A stretch of 45,560 nucleotides of DNA from an uncultured Arenibacter sp. (GTDB lineage Bacteria; Bacteroidota; Bacteroidia; Flavobacteriales; Flavobacteriaceae), in contig CAXAVP010000001.1 of the NCBI GenBank assembly GCA_963972175.1, positions 1 to 45,560 on the forward strand. The letters run 5' to 3'. The position numbers and the translations under genes were made by a program. This document shows, piece by piece, positions 10,256 to 19,870 of this stretch. The notes beneath the pieces were generated by a model. That model was not told where the DNA came from. It ran no database searches and saw nothing but the letters and a program-made list of their open reading frames with translations. How positions within the stretch are numbered: the first letter of the stretch is position 1; each line of letters begins with the position of its first letter.

Positions 10256-10999
10256 TCATGGTTTTCCAACCGTCTTTTTATATGCATACTTTCTTCTGGC
10301 CAAAAGAACTTTAAATTTTATATGATCATAAACCAAGCCTATAACCAAAAGTAATGCCGCTACAATAAGTCCCTTGAATTTTATTTGCGAATAAAAAAAT
10401 CCTCCAGAAATCCCGCCCAAAAAGAAAAAGCAAATAATATAAAGCCGCAGTTTTATGGTTAAAACTATCTTTTTCCTATCCAAATACTTTTTAGGAAACA
10501 TTAGGTGGGATAATTCAATTCCCAAATCGGTAAAAAGTCCGGTAAGGTGGGTGGTACGGACCACGGCTTTGGATATGCTGGTAACAAAGGAGTTTTGCAC
10601 CCCCATTGCAAACAGTAGCAAACAAGCGATTAGATTGGGGGAGGCCATCCATAAAATATCGGCCAATATCGCAATGAGCAAAAGCGTCCCTATTTCCAAC
10701 ATAGCTGGTAATACATAGATATTGAACTTTTTGCCCCTATAGGTAAGTTCTATGAGCATACTGGAAACAAAAGATCCAAAAAGAAAGGAAAGTATATAAA
10801 ACAAATAAACACTGCCACCCCAAAGTTCCCATTTAAATACTTCCTCAATAAAAAAAGCAAAATGGCCGGTCACATTAGTAGTAAGTTTTTGCAGGGATAA
10901 AAAACCCGTAACGTTGACTATACCGGCAACAAACGATAAAAGAGTAGCAATTCGCAGATTGTGTTTGGCTGTTCGGTTTTTTCCCTGATGTCTGAACAT
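10256..10999 (-). CDS. YoaK/DUF1275 family membrane protein
   Basis: LSFVAGIVN, TTNVTGH, AMGVQN and RTTHLTG motifs; ATG 10999 preferred, supported by a minus-strand TACATTTG -7 element at 11026-11033. Confidence 0.85.
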   Translation of the reverse strand: MFRHQGKNRTAKHNLRIATLLSFVAGIVNVTGFLSLQKLTTNVTGHFAFFIEEVFKWELWGGSVYLFYILSFLFGSFVSSMLIELTYRGKKFNIYVLPAMLEIGTLLLIAILADILWMASPNLIACLLLFAMGVQNSFVTSISKAVVRTTHLTGLFTDLGIELSHLMFPKKYLDRKKIVLTIKLRLYIICFFFLGGISGGFFYSQIKFKGLIVAALLLVIGLVYDHIKFKVLLARRKYAYKKTVGKP

Positions 11000-11252
11000 T
11001 AATGCTACTGATTCTTTAAGATTGCCAAATGTAAATGGTTTCTCTTGACCTCGCTTTCCAAAACTAAAGACCAAAGACAACCAAGATACCTGAACCTCTA
11101 TCGATTCCAATCACCAACGCGTGTTATTCAATAGTTCCGTCCCAATAACACTTGGGCATTACAGCATGGCGAACCTGGTAAAGTTATAGCTTTTTTTGGG
11201 ATTAACTTATAGGCTTAAATAAATGTAAAACAATAGGCTATTCGTTGGAAAA

Positions 11253-11939
11253 CTATTTAATGGCCTTAAGAATGATAGGCCAGATATTATTGGCTATAAT
11301 TTTCTGGCCTTCTGCTGTAGGATGAATACCGTCTGCTTGGTTCAATTCTGGATTACCAGCTACATCCTCAAGTAGAAAAGGGATCAGTCCTATTTTATTC
11401 TTTTGGGCCAATGTTGGAAATATCTCCCTAAATGTAGTTGTGTATTCCTTGCCCAGATTGGGCGGAATCTGCATTCCGGCTAGAACAATGGCTGCATTGG
11501 GCCTTTTTTGTTTAACTACATCTATAATATCCTGCAAGTTGCTTCTTGTTTCTTCTAGAGGAATACCCCTTAACCCATCATTGGCACCCAATTCCAAAAC
11601 AAAAAGATCTACATTTTCGTTTAGTACCCAACTAACCCTATTCTTGCCACTTGCAGTAGTCTCCCCACTTAGACCTGCATTCACGACTTGATACGCCAAG
11701 CCCATAGAATCTATTTTTTGTTGTATCAAGGCTGGGAAAGCTTCATTGGGGTCGAGCCCCATTCCTGCAGTTAGGCTATTTCCAAAGAACATGATTACCT
11801 TTTTGGATGTGGTTAACTGTTCTTTTTTGAAACTGCCATTAACTTCCTTGTTATCCGGATCAATCTTTTTATTGGACAAATTGCCGCAGGATGCGAATAA
11901 AATCAAAAATAAATAGCAAAAGTTTAACAGGGTTCGCAT
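11253..11939 (-). CDS. Arylesterase / acyl-CoA thioesterase I (SGNH/GDSL, TesA-like), probable lipoprotein
   Basis: FFGNSLTAG, NAGLSGETT, ELGANDGLRG and DGIHP blocks; lipobox-like LFASC after ATG 11939. Confidence 0.88.
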   Translation of the reverse strand: MRTLLNFCYLFLILFASCGNLSNKKIDPDNKEVNGSFKKEQLTTSKKVIMFFGNSLTAGMGLDPNEAFPALIQQKIDSMGLAYQVVNAGLSGETTASGKNRVSWVLNENVDLFVLELGANDGLRGIPLEETRSNLQDIIDVVKQKRPNAAIVLAGMQIPPNLGKEYTTTFREIFPTLAQKNKIGLIPFLLEDVAGNPELNQADGIHPTAEGQKIIANNIWPIILKAIK

Positions 11940-12010
11940 CTGATATTGGTTTAAAATCAAAATGATTTTCTTATTTTGATCTTTTGTGAAAAGTTTCAAT
12001 TTATAAATTT

Positions 12011-12700
12011 ATGGCAAAGATATTAAACGTTCATAATTTAGGGAAGGTCTATACCAGTGGATCTAAAAAACTCACCGTATTGGAAGATATTTCCTTTGAT
12101 GTGGAAGAAGGGGCCACCTTTTCCATTGTTGGACCTTCCGGTAGCGGAAAAACCACCTTGTTGGGACTTTGTGCTGGTTTGGACCAGCCAGATTCCGGTA
12201 CGGTATCATTGTGTGGTACGGAAATTGGTAGCCTAAATGAGGATGAAAGAGCTGTTTTAAGGAATAAGCATATTGGTTTTGTGTTCCAAGATTTTCAGCT
12301 ATTGCCAACCCTTACCGCTCTGGAAAACGTAGCCATCCCGTTGGAATTACGAGGGGATAAAAACGCCATAAAAAAAGCAATGGAACTCTTGGTCAAGGTA
12401 GAACTGGAAGATCGATTTCACCATTACCCTTCCCAACTATCCGGGGGAGAACAACAACGGGTGGCATTGGCCAGAGCTTTTTCCAATAACCCTTCCGTTC
12501 TTTTTGCCGACGAGCCTACCGGTAATTTGGACGCAGAGACCGGAGAGAAGGTTATTCAACTGCTGTTTCAATTAAATGCCGATGCAGGAACAACTTTGAT
12601 TATTGTAACCCACGACCTGGAATTGGCCGAAATGACCCAGCATATTCTAAGCTTAAAAGGTGGTAGAATTATTGCCAATCAAAAAACGGCCGTACTGTGA
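12011..12700 (+). CDS. ABC transporter ATP-binding protein (YbbA/LolD-like)
   Basis: Walker A GPSGSGKT, signature LSGGEQQRV, Walker [11 protein letters not shown]. Confidence 0.92.
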   Translation: MAKILNVHNLGKVYTSGSKKLTVLEDISFDVEEGATFSIVGPSGSGKTTLLGLCAGLDQPDSGTVSLCGTEIGSLNEDERAVLRNKHIGFVFQDFQLLPTLTALENVAIPLELRGDKNAIKKAMELLVKVELEDRFHHYPSQLSGGEQQRVALARAFSNNPSVLFADEPTGNLDAETGEKVIQLLFQLNADAGTTLIIVTHDLELAEMTQHILSLKGGRIIANQKTAVL

Positions 12701-15228
12701 TAAATAAAGAACGCCCTTCCCTGACCGGATTCCGATGGCTATTAAAAATGGCCTGGCGGGACGGTAAGGCCAGTAGCCGAAAATTAATGCTTTTTATGGC
12801 CTCCATAACCATGGGTATAGCAGCCGTGGTGTCTATACAATCCTTTGGAGACAATCTGAAAAAAAATATAAATACACAGTCCAAATCCTTAATGGGTGCC
12901 GATTATATTGTGGACAGTAAAAATCCGCCCAATGCCAGGGTGCAGGAAATCATGGACTCACTTGGAGGCGCCGATGCCAAGGAAATAAAATTTCCTTCTA
13001 TGGCGGCATTTCCTCGCTCTGGGGAATCCAAACTAGTGCAGGTTAGGGGAATGCAAGGCCCCTTTCCGTTCTATGGGAGTCTGGAAACCTCCCCAGCTTC
13101 AGCTGCTTCTACTTTTCAGGCACAAGATGCCGCGTTGGTAGACGCTACGGTAATGGTACAATATGACCTAAAAGTAGGGGATAGTATAAAAGTAGGGGAC
13201 ATTACCTTTCCCATAGCAGGAGCATTGAATTCAATACCAGGAAGCTCGGGCATTTTAAGTTCCGTGGCACCTCCTGTATTGATACCCTATCAATTTGTTG
13301 AAAAAACAGGATTGATCCAAAAGGGAAGTAGGCTGGAATACGAGTTTTATTTTGTGGCCAAGCCCGATACGGATCTTAAGGAATTGGATAAGATTTTAGA
13401 CCCACAATTGGATGCAGAGGGAGCAGATTTGGACACCCACACTTCAACGAGTGCCAGTTTGGGCCGTAGATACACCAATTTTGGAAAATTCTTAAACCTA
13501 GTAGGTTTTATAGCTTTATTGCTAGGGTGTGTAGGGATAGCCAGCGCTATAAATATATACATTAAAGGGAAGTTGAGATCTGTTGCCGTTTTAAAGTGCC
13601 TTGGTGCAACCAAAAAACAAACCTTTTTGATCTTTCTTCTGCAAATAGCAGCACTTGGCTTGTTGGGTGGTTTTGTTGGTACTGTTTTTGGACTGGTTCT
13701 ACAACAACTGTTCCCGCTACTACTTGAGGGACTGCTTCCTGTAGACATACAATTGTATATAGCGCCACAAGCTATTGTTATGGGGCTACTACTGGGATTA
13801 TTTATGTCTGTCCTATTTGCCCTATACCCATTGACCAGCACCTTATACGTCTCACCTTTACAGGCCTTGAGGGTACAGGAAGTGACAAGAACGAAATCTA
13901 AAAAATGGGCATTGATAGTGATGGGAGGAATTTTTATTTTCCTACTGCTATTCTCTTTTTTATTGCTAAAGAATTGGAAGTATTCACTTTCCTTTATGGC
14001 AGGAATAATTGTTACTTTTTCCATTCTTACAGGGGTGGCATCTGGAGTAATGAAGTTAATAAAGAAGTATTTCCCCACCTCTTGGAGTTTTGGGGCAAGA
14101 CATAGTTTATTAAACCTTTTTAGGCCCAACAATCAAACCTTGACCTTGGTTCTCGCCATAGGTATTGGGACATTTTTAATTAGCACCCTCTATTTTACCA
14201 AAGATTTTCTGTTGGCGAAGTCGTCTCTAGGACAGCAAAACAATAGCCCCAATATGATTCTCCTGGATGTCCAAACAGGACAGAAGGAGGCCATTACCAA
14301 TACTATTCAAGATAAAGGCATCCCTGTTTTAAGTGATATCCCCATAGTTACCATGCGGGTCCATAGTATTAATGGAATTGAAGTGAACACTATTAGAAAG
14401 GATTCTACCACCAATATTCGTAACTGGATTTTAAATCATGAATTTAGGGTTACCTATAGGGATAGCCTTATTTCCTCTGAAAAGCTGAGTTCAGGTAAAT
14501 GGGTGTCCATACCAATTTCTATAAGTGATAATTTTGCCAGGGATGCCAAGGTGGAAGTAGGGGATAAGTTAACCTTTAACGTACAGGGATTAAATCTGAA
14601 CACGATTGTAGGCAGTATAAGGGCTGTAGATTGGGGGAGGATGCAACCTAATTTTTCAATTGTTTTTCCCTTGGGCATTTTAGAGGAAGCCCCTCAATTT
14701 AGGGTGCTTACCACAAAGGTCGCCAATGAGGAAGATTCTGCATCCCTGCAACGCGAATTGGTCAAGGCCTTTCCCAATGTTTCCATATTGGATTTAAGGC
14801 AGATATTATCGGTTATTGAAGGCTTATTGAACAAAATTTCCTGGATCATTAATTTTATGGCATTTTTTAGCATTCTTACCGGTATTATTGTGCTATTGGG
14901 TGCGGTAAGAACCAGTAAATATCAGCGTTTAAGGGAAAGCGTACTACTAAGGACAATAGGTGCCAAAACCAAACAAATATTGAAAATAGTAGCCTTGGAA
15001 TATCTGTATTTGGGGGTTTTAGGAGGACTTTCGGGTATACTATTATCCTTGGTAAGCAGCCAGCTTCTAGCTTGGTGGGTATTTGAAACTACCTTTACGC
15101 CATCTAGTTTTCCCTTTTTGGTACTGTTCCCTAGTATAACCATTCTTGTTTTAACAATTGGCCTCCTAAATAGCAGGGGAGTTATAAAAAGTCCGCCTTT
15201 GGAGGTATTGCGAAAAGAAAGCAGGTAA
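12697..15228 (+). CDS. ABC transporter permease (YbbP/FtsX-MacB type, duplicated)
   Basis: 843 aa with two FtsX-like TM halves (LKCLGA, LRTIGA); GTGA overlap with the ATPase gene. Confidence 0.88.
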   Translation: MINKERPSLTGFRWLLKMAWRDGKASSRKLMLFMASITMGIAAVVSIQSFGDNLKKNINTQSKSLMGADYIVDSKNPPNARVQEIMDSLGGADAKEIKFPSMAAFPRSGESKLVQVRGMQGPFPFYGSLETSPASAASTFQAQDAALVDATVMVQYDLKVGDSIKVGDITFPIAGALNSIPGSSGILSSVAPPVLIPYQFVEKTGLIQKGSRLEYEFYFVAKPDTDLKELDKILDPQLDAEGADLDTHTSTSASLGRRYTNFGKFLNLVGFIALLLGCVGIASAINIYIKGKLRSVAVLKCLGATKKQTFLIFLLQIAALGLLGGFVGTVFGLVLQQLFPLLLEGLLPVDIQLYIAPQAIVMGLLLGLFMSVLFALYPLTSTLYVSPLQALRVQEVTRTKSKKWALIVMGGIFIFLLLFSFLLLKNWKYSLSFMAGIIVTFSILTGVASGVMKLIKKYFPTSWSFGARHSLLNLFRPNNQTLTLVLAIGIGTFLISTLYFTKDFLLAKSSLGQQNNSPNMILLDVQTGQKEAITNTIQDKGIPVLSDIPIVTMRVHSINGIEVNTIRKDSTTNIRNWILNHEFRVTYRDSLISSEKLSSGKWVSIPISISDNFARDAKVEVGDKLTFNVQGLNLNTIVGSIRAVDWGRMQPNFSIVFPLGILEEAPQFRVLTTKVANEEDSASLQRELVKAFPNVSILDLRQILSVIEGLLNKISWIINFMAFFSILTGIIVLLGAVRTSKYQRLRESVLLRTIGAKTKQILKIVALEYLYLGVLGGLSGILLSLVSSQLLAWWVFETTFTPSSFPFLVLFPSITILVLTIGLLNSRGVIKSPPLEVLRKESR

Positions 15229-15270
15229 TGGCTGTATGGGGTGATTAACTAGGAAATATTCATAATATAT

Positions 15271-15786
15271 CTAATCCTCTTTATGTCCAAAAAGCGACTT
15301 TACTATATTATCATTGGTTCCAAAATCGTTCTCAAGGGCTATAAAGTAGTCCTTTTGCCACATCTGGGTACTTTGAGCTGTCTTGTTCCTGGTTTTGGAC
15401 CATGGTGGATATACGCGAAAACCACGTTTCCCCTTTTTATTACTAGACGCAATAATTCCCTTTTCAACCAGGACACTTTTAGGAAAAATAAATTGCCCCA
15501 AAAAAGAGTCTTGGCAGGAGGTAATTACCAATAAATCTATTCTGTCCGAATCTTCAAAAGGCGCTGTTTGTCCATTTTTATCTCTTTTCCAGACAGTAAC
15601 AAATTGTCCACATTTTTTAGGGGTAATTTTGGATCGCCTCGCCCTTACCTTCAACGGACCCAACTCATATGAGCATGCTTCATAAGCCTGGCCCTCCTTT
15701 TCCATTTCTAGCTTTGTTACTTTCAGACCACTAAAATCAATGCCCGTCAAAATACAGGATGGATTGGCTATTGGTATTATATTCAT
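15271..15786 (-). CDS. MepB family protein
   Basis: KITPKKxGQFVTVWKR, GQFIFPK and GKRGFRVYPPW motifs; start uncertain (ATG 15786 chosen). Confidence 0.8.
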   Translation of the reverse strand: MNIIPIANPSCILTGIDFSGLKVTKLEMEKEGQAYEACSYELGPLKVRARRSKITPKKCGQFVTVWKRDKNGQTAPFEDSDRIDLLVITSCQDSFLGQFIFPKSVLVEKGIIASSNKKGKRGFRVYPPWSKTRNKTAQSTQMWQKDYFIALENDFGTNDNIVKSLFGHKED

Positions 15787-15833
15787 ACAAACAAATCTAT
15801 ACCAAAAAATGGTATAGGCAATGTTTGGTAACA

Positions 15834-16796
15834 CTAAACACCTTTGTTGGCCATTTTAAGTCTTTCTGCCTCCCAACCATGATCAATGTATTCCCAAGAA
15901 AAATCATTTCCGCTTACCTTAATTTTTACAAATCCTTCCTTTGTATTGTGCCTTCTACCTTTCCAACCGTTCCCGGCGATGGATCCACCGGTTAAAAAGT
16001 GAAACCTATCATTTACAAAGCCGTATTCTTTCCAATGAATATGCCCCTGTAAGACCAATTTAAGGTTGTGGTTTTCCAAAATTTTAAAAACCTCCGAAGC
16101 ATTGGCAACGGACCTGCTCCCAGACCCTCCGTTTAATTGGATATAGGTACATATCATTGGAATATGGGTGGTAATAATTATTGGGGTAGATTTGTCCACT
16201 TTGGCAATATCCTCCTTTAACCACTCTAACTGCTCCTGATGAAAAAAGCCCTTATATCTTTTATTCTCGGTGACCTCCAAGGAATTTAGGGTAATAAAGT
16301 GCCAACCCTTATGATCAAAGGAATAGTATGTCTTGCCAAAATGCCTTTCCCACATACCGTATTTGTAATCTGGGTGATCTTCAGATTCTGGACTTTCTTC
16401 ATAAATTGCAAATAGATCATGGTTGCCTATACAGTTGTAAACCGGCATGTTAAATCCCCTGCTCATTTCCTTGTACAAGGTAAATAGCGATTCGCTTTGT
16501 TTGTAATTGCCCCGCATGGTATCATAAACAAGATCACCTCCCGTAATAACAAAATCAGGGTTCAACTCATTTACCTTATCTATGGCCATTTGAAAACCTT
16601 TGGGTGCATGCATTTCAGGTTTAATATGGATATCAGTTAAAAATGCAAATTCGAAGGAGTCTTCACTTTCTGTTTCTACTACCTTATCTTTTGATTGTTG
16701 ACAGGAAATTTGCGTGAACGGAACAGCCACTGCGGCCAACCCAGATTTTATCAAAAATTTTCTCCTGCCAGAGATTTTACTGTTATTTTCTTCCAT
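15834..16796 (-). CDS. Tat-exported calcineurin-like metallophosphoesterase, possible lipoprotein
   Basis: SGRRKFLIK twin-arginine signal ending ISC; DIH, GGD, GNHD and GHIH metal motifs. Confidence 0.88.
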   Translation of the reverse strand: MEENNSKISGRRKFLIKSGLAAVAVPFTQISCQQSKDKVVETESEDSFEFAFLTDIHIKPEMHAPKGFQMAIDKVNELNPDFVITGGDLVYDTMRGNYKQSESLFTLYKEMSRGFNMPVYNCIGNHDLFAIYEESPESEDHPDYKYGMWERHFGKTYYSFDHKGWHFITLNSLEVTENKRYKGFFHQEQLEWLKEDIAKVDKSTPIIITTHIPMICTYIQLNGGSGSRSVANASEVFKILENHNLKLVLQGHIHWKEYGFVNDRFHFLTGGSIAGNGWKGRRHNTKEGFVKIKVSGNDFSWEYIDHGWEAERLKMANKGV

Positions 16797-16908
16797 GGTT
16801 ATAATTCATTGGTTAATGATATTCTTCAGTTACAGAATCGCCTAATAAGAGGTGCCTATCATATTCTTTGCTTCATGACATAACAGCGTAGCGGATAAAA
16901 GCAAAATA

Positions 16909-17874
16909 TTATTTATTTACCACATTTATAGGATTCCCTTTCAAATAGGATTCCAAATTTTCAATAGCCGTATTTAAAAGTCGCTCTCGCGACTCTTCGG
17001 GTGCCCAGGCAATATGAGGGGTAATAATACAATTATCGGCCTTAAGCAATACATTATTGCTGTCTATGGGTTCTTTGGAAACCACATCTACGGCAGCCCA
17101 ACTTATTTTACCCTTGTCCAATGCCTCCTTTAAATCCTGTTCTACTATCAATTGTCCCCTAGAGGTATTTATCAGCATGGTACCATCCTTCATTTTTGCA
17201 ATATTGGAAGCATTGATTATACCTTCTGTCTCAGGGGTAAGTGGACAGTGTAGACTGATGACATCGGAAGTTGCCAAGAGTTCATCCATGTCTACCTGCT
17301 TAACCTCGCCAAGCAGTGATTCAGGTTTACTACTGCTCCCTGAGGTTATTACCGTCATACCAAAAGCGAATGCTAATTTTGCAGTTGCCTGTCCTATTCT
17401 TCCAAAACCAATGATACCCATAGTTTTACCTTCCAATTCTATAAGAGGATAGTTCCAAAAACAAAAATCCTTGCTCCTAGACCATTCCCCAGCATGCACC
17501 GCTCTATTATGTTCCCCTACGTGATGGCACATTTCCAAAAGTAAGGCCATGGTCATCTGGGCAACGGCAGTAGTGCCATAACTTGGTATATTGGTGACAG
17601 TAATCCCCAGATCTTTTGCCGCTTCTATATCTACTACATTATAACCTGTTGCCAATACCCCAATATACTTCACATTGGGAACCTTGGTCAGTACCTCCTT
17701 GGGCAAAGGGGTCTTGTTGGTGAATATTATTTCCGCATCCCCAATAGCTTCAATGATAACTTCATTGTTGAATTGGGTTCTATCATTAACCGTCAAATCC
17801 CCTATTCGTTTTAATTTTTCCCAACTTAAATCTCCCGGGTTTAAGGTATGCCCATCAAGAACAACTATTTTCAT
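16909..17874 (-). CDS. D-2-hydroxyacid dehydrogenase (glycerate dehydrogenase-like)
   Basis: MKIVVLDG start (ATG 17874), GIIGFGRIG, SLHCPLT, INTSRG, ITPHIAW. Confidence 0.92.
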   Translation of the reverse strand: MKIVVLDGHTLNPGDLSWEKLKRIGDLTVNDRTQFNNEVIIEAIGDAEIIFTNKTPLPKEVLTKVPNVKYIGVLATGYNVVDIEAAKDLGITVTNIPSYGTTAVAQMTMALLLEMCHHVGEHNRAVHAGEWSRSKDFCFWNYPLIELEGKTMGIIGFGRIGQATAKLAFAFGMTVITSGSSSKPESLLGEVKQVDMDELLATSDVISLHCPLTPETEGIINASNIAKMKDGTMLINTSRGQLIVEQDLKEALDKGKISWAAVDVVSKEPIDSNNVLLKADNCIITPHIAWAPEESRERLLNTAIENLESYLKGNPINVVNK

Positions 17875-18353
17875 ATGTAATATTTTGTGCCATTGAATTG
17901 GCAATTATAAAATCATAAAAATAAGAACATAGTTCAGTTTCCAAAGCTTCAGTCAAAGAATATTGCCCCTACAAAGCTTACTAAAACAACAAATAAAAAA
18001 TTAAAGTTTTAATTCATATTAAACTTGTCAATAAACTGGTATACAGATTATTGATATATACTATTTAACACTTCAATTTTAATTCAATTTAACACCCAAC
18101 AACAAAACTAGCATCAACCTATACTTTAACCCTTACCAATATCGCGATTATAGGTAGTCATTACTGCCGGGCCAAGGTTCTTTACATAACATTTACACCT
18201 TTCTATATGTATTAAGCCAAATCCTTCGAAGGCAAATAGCCTCGTAACAAATATAAGGTTTGTTGTTGCAGACATACTCCCTAAATTTTATCGGAAACAC
18301 AGTAAAAGTTAGCGATTGGTTTTTTCTATAATTCCTTTTATCCTGATTTTTAT

Positions 18354-18533
18354 TTAGCCATCAAAAATAATGGCAAGACCTGTTCCAATGAATAGGAGGA
18401 GCTATACAATTACTACCAAATGCCATGAGTAAAAACCAATGCAAAGGCTAAAATTAGTTATGTTAAATAAAAAGCACAACACCTGAGCCACATGAATCCT
18501 AGATAAACCTACCTTTAAGATATAAAAGCCCAT
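18354..18533 (-). pseudogene. Possible remnant of a membrane-protein gene
   Basis: 60-codon hydrophobic frame MGFYILKVGLSRIHVAQVLCFLFN...VVIV*LLLFIGTGLAIIFDG* with an internal TAG at 18402-18404. Confidence 0.25.
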
Positions 18534-18600
18534 TCTCTAAAATAAATTAAAGTACCACAGGGGAATGTATTTTTAGGTAGCCGTAAATGACTTGTAACAT

Positions 18601-18718
18601 TTTACTCGATAATCGAGATTTGAATCTGCTGGTCGCAGGCAGGTACTCCGGCGCTAGCGTCGGAATTTAAAATAAGGTTCCTTTCAATGCCTTGTGGACT
18701 TGCCCCGAGGTAGTTTAC
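18601..18718. repeat. Palindrome-rich intergenic element (REP/MITE-like)
   Basis: Consecutive GC-rich hairpins CTCGAT-A-ATCGAG, CTGC-TGGTC-GCAG, TCCGGCGC-TA-GCGTCGGA and CCTTGTGG-ACTTG-CCCCGAGG, ending TAGTTTAC, in an AT-rich spacer. Confidence 0.6.
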
Positions 18719-18782
18719 CGAAAAAAGATAATTATTCCTGTATCTTGTACAGCATATTACATAACTATAATTTTAAAACACA

Positions 18783-19601
18783 ATGCTCAGGGTTACTCTT
18801 TTTCTTATTCTAGCGGTTTTACCGCTATGCAATCATGCTCAGACTGTACAGTACAGCACATTTGATAACCTGTTTTACTACGATGCCCAAACTTCTGACC
18901 AGACCAGTTATATGAAAGAAAAAAACCTTTTGGATGTTTACTATCCGGAGGTTGACTCCAAGGTGCCAGTGATTATTTGGTTTCATGGGGGCGGATTAAC
19001 CTCAGGGCAGAAGGAAATTCCCTTGGCGTTAAAAAATAAAGGGTTTTGCGTAGTAGGAGTAGGGTACAGGCTTTCTCCCACGGTAACGGCAGAAACCTGT
19101 ATTGCCGATGCCACTGCTGCCATTGCATGGGTATTTAAAAATATTGCACGTTATAATGGCGATCCCGATGCCATATTTGTCTCCGGACATTCAGCCGGAG
19201 GCTACCTTGCGTTAATGTCCATTATGGATAAAAGTCGACTCCAAAAGCACAATTTGGACTCGGACCAAGTAGCTGGTATAATACCATTTAGCGGCCATAC
19301 CATTACCCATTTTACAATAAGGAAAGAGCAAGGTATACCGGGAGAACGACCTCTAATTGATAAATGGGCCCCCTTGTACCATGTTAGGGATAACGCTCCA
19401 CCAATTTTATTGATAACAGGCGACCGTGAAAAGGAAATGCTAGGGCGTTATGAAGAGAACGCCTATTTTTATAGAATGATGAAGGTTAACGGACACCCAG
19501 ATGTAACCCTATACGAAATGGATGGTTATGGCCATGGTATGACGGAACCAGCCTTTCCGCTTTTGGTTGATTTTGTAAACCGGAAAACCAACATAAAATA
19601 G
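18783..19601 (+). CDS. Secreted alpha/beta hydrolase (HSL-like carboxylesterase)
   Basis: Signal peptide, LDVYYP, HGGG oxyanion hole, YRLSP, GHSAG nucleophile, GYGH. Confidence 0.88.
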   Translation: MLRVTLFLILAVLPLCNHAQTVQYSTFDNLFYYDAQTSDQTSYMKEKNLLDVYYPEVDSKVPVIIWFHGGGLTSGQKEIPLALKNKGFCVVGVGYRLSPTVTAETCIADATAAIAWVFKNIARYNGDPDAIFVSGHSAGGYLALMSIMDKSRLQKHNLDSDQVAGIIPFSGHTITHFTIRKEQGIPGERPLIDKWAPLYHVRDNAPPILLITGDREKEMLGRYEENAYFYRMMKVNGHPDVTLYEMDGYGHGMTEPAFPLLVDFVNRKTNIK

Positions 19602-19870
19602 CCCTCTTTACATTAACCACCTCTATGTGCCCTGTGATCCACATAAAATACGTTTGTCATTTTTTAGAGCAATATCAACGACTATTGCTAAAACTCTAGA
19701 TAAGGCATATTAATAATATTGAATTTTTTTTAATACCAATAATATAGTTCATGTCTTACTTTGTAAGGCCAAATGGAATGATTCCCAATTACATGAACAC
19801 AAGATTAATTTTAAAGTAAAACCAATAGCAAGAACCATTATTTTTGCAATAACCTATTTTCCTTATAACT

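Noticed and set aside
13347-14132. 261-aa antisense ORF inside the ABC permease, and the other short nested or antisense ORFs in the track
   Set aside because: Shadow frames opposite well-supported genes with no recognisable motifs
14490-14530. Possible short in-frame deletion in the permease (GKWVSIPISISD looks compact)
   Set aside because: Cannot be supported without an alignment; the frame is intact
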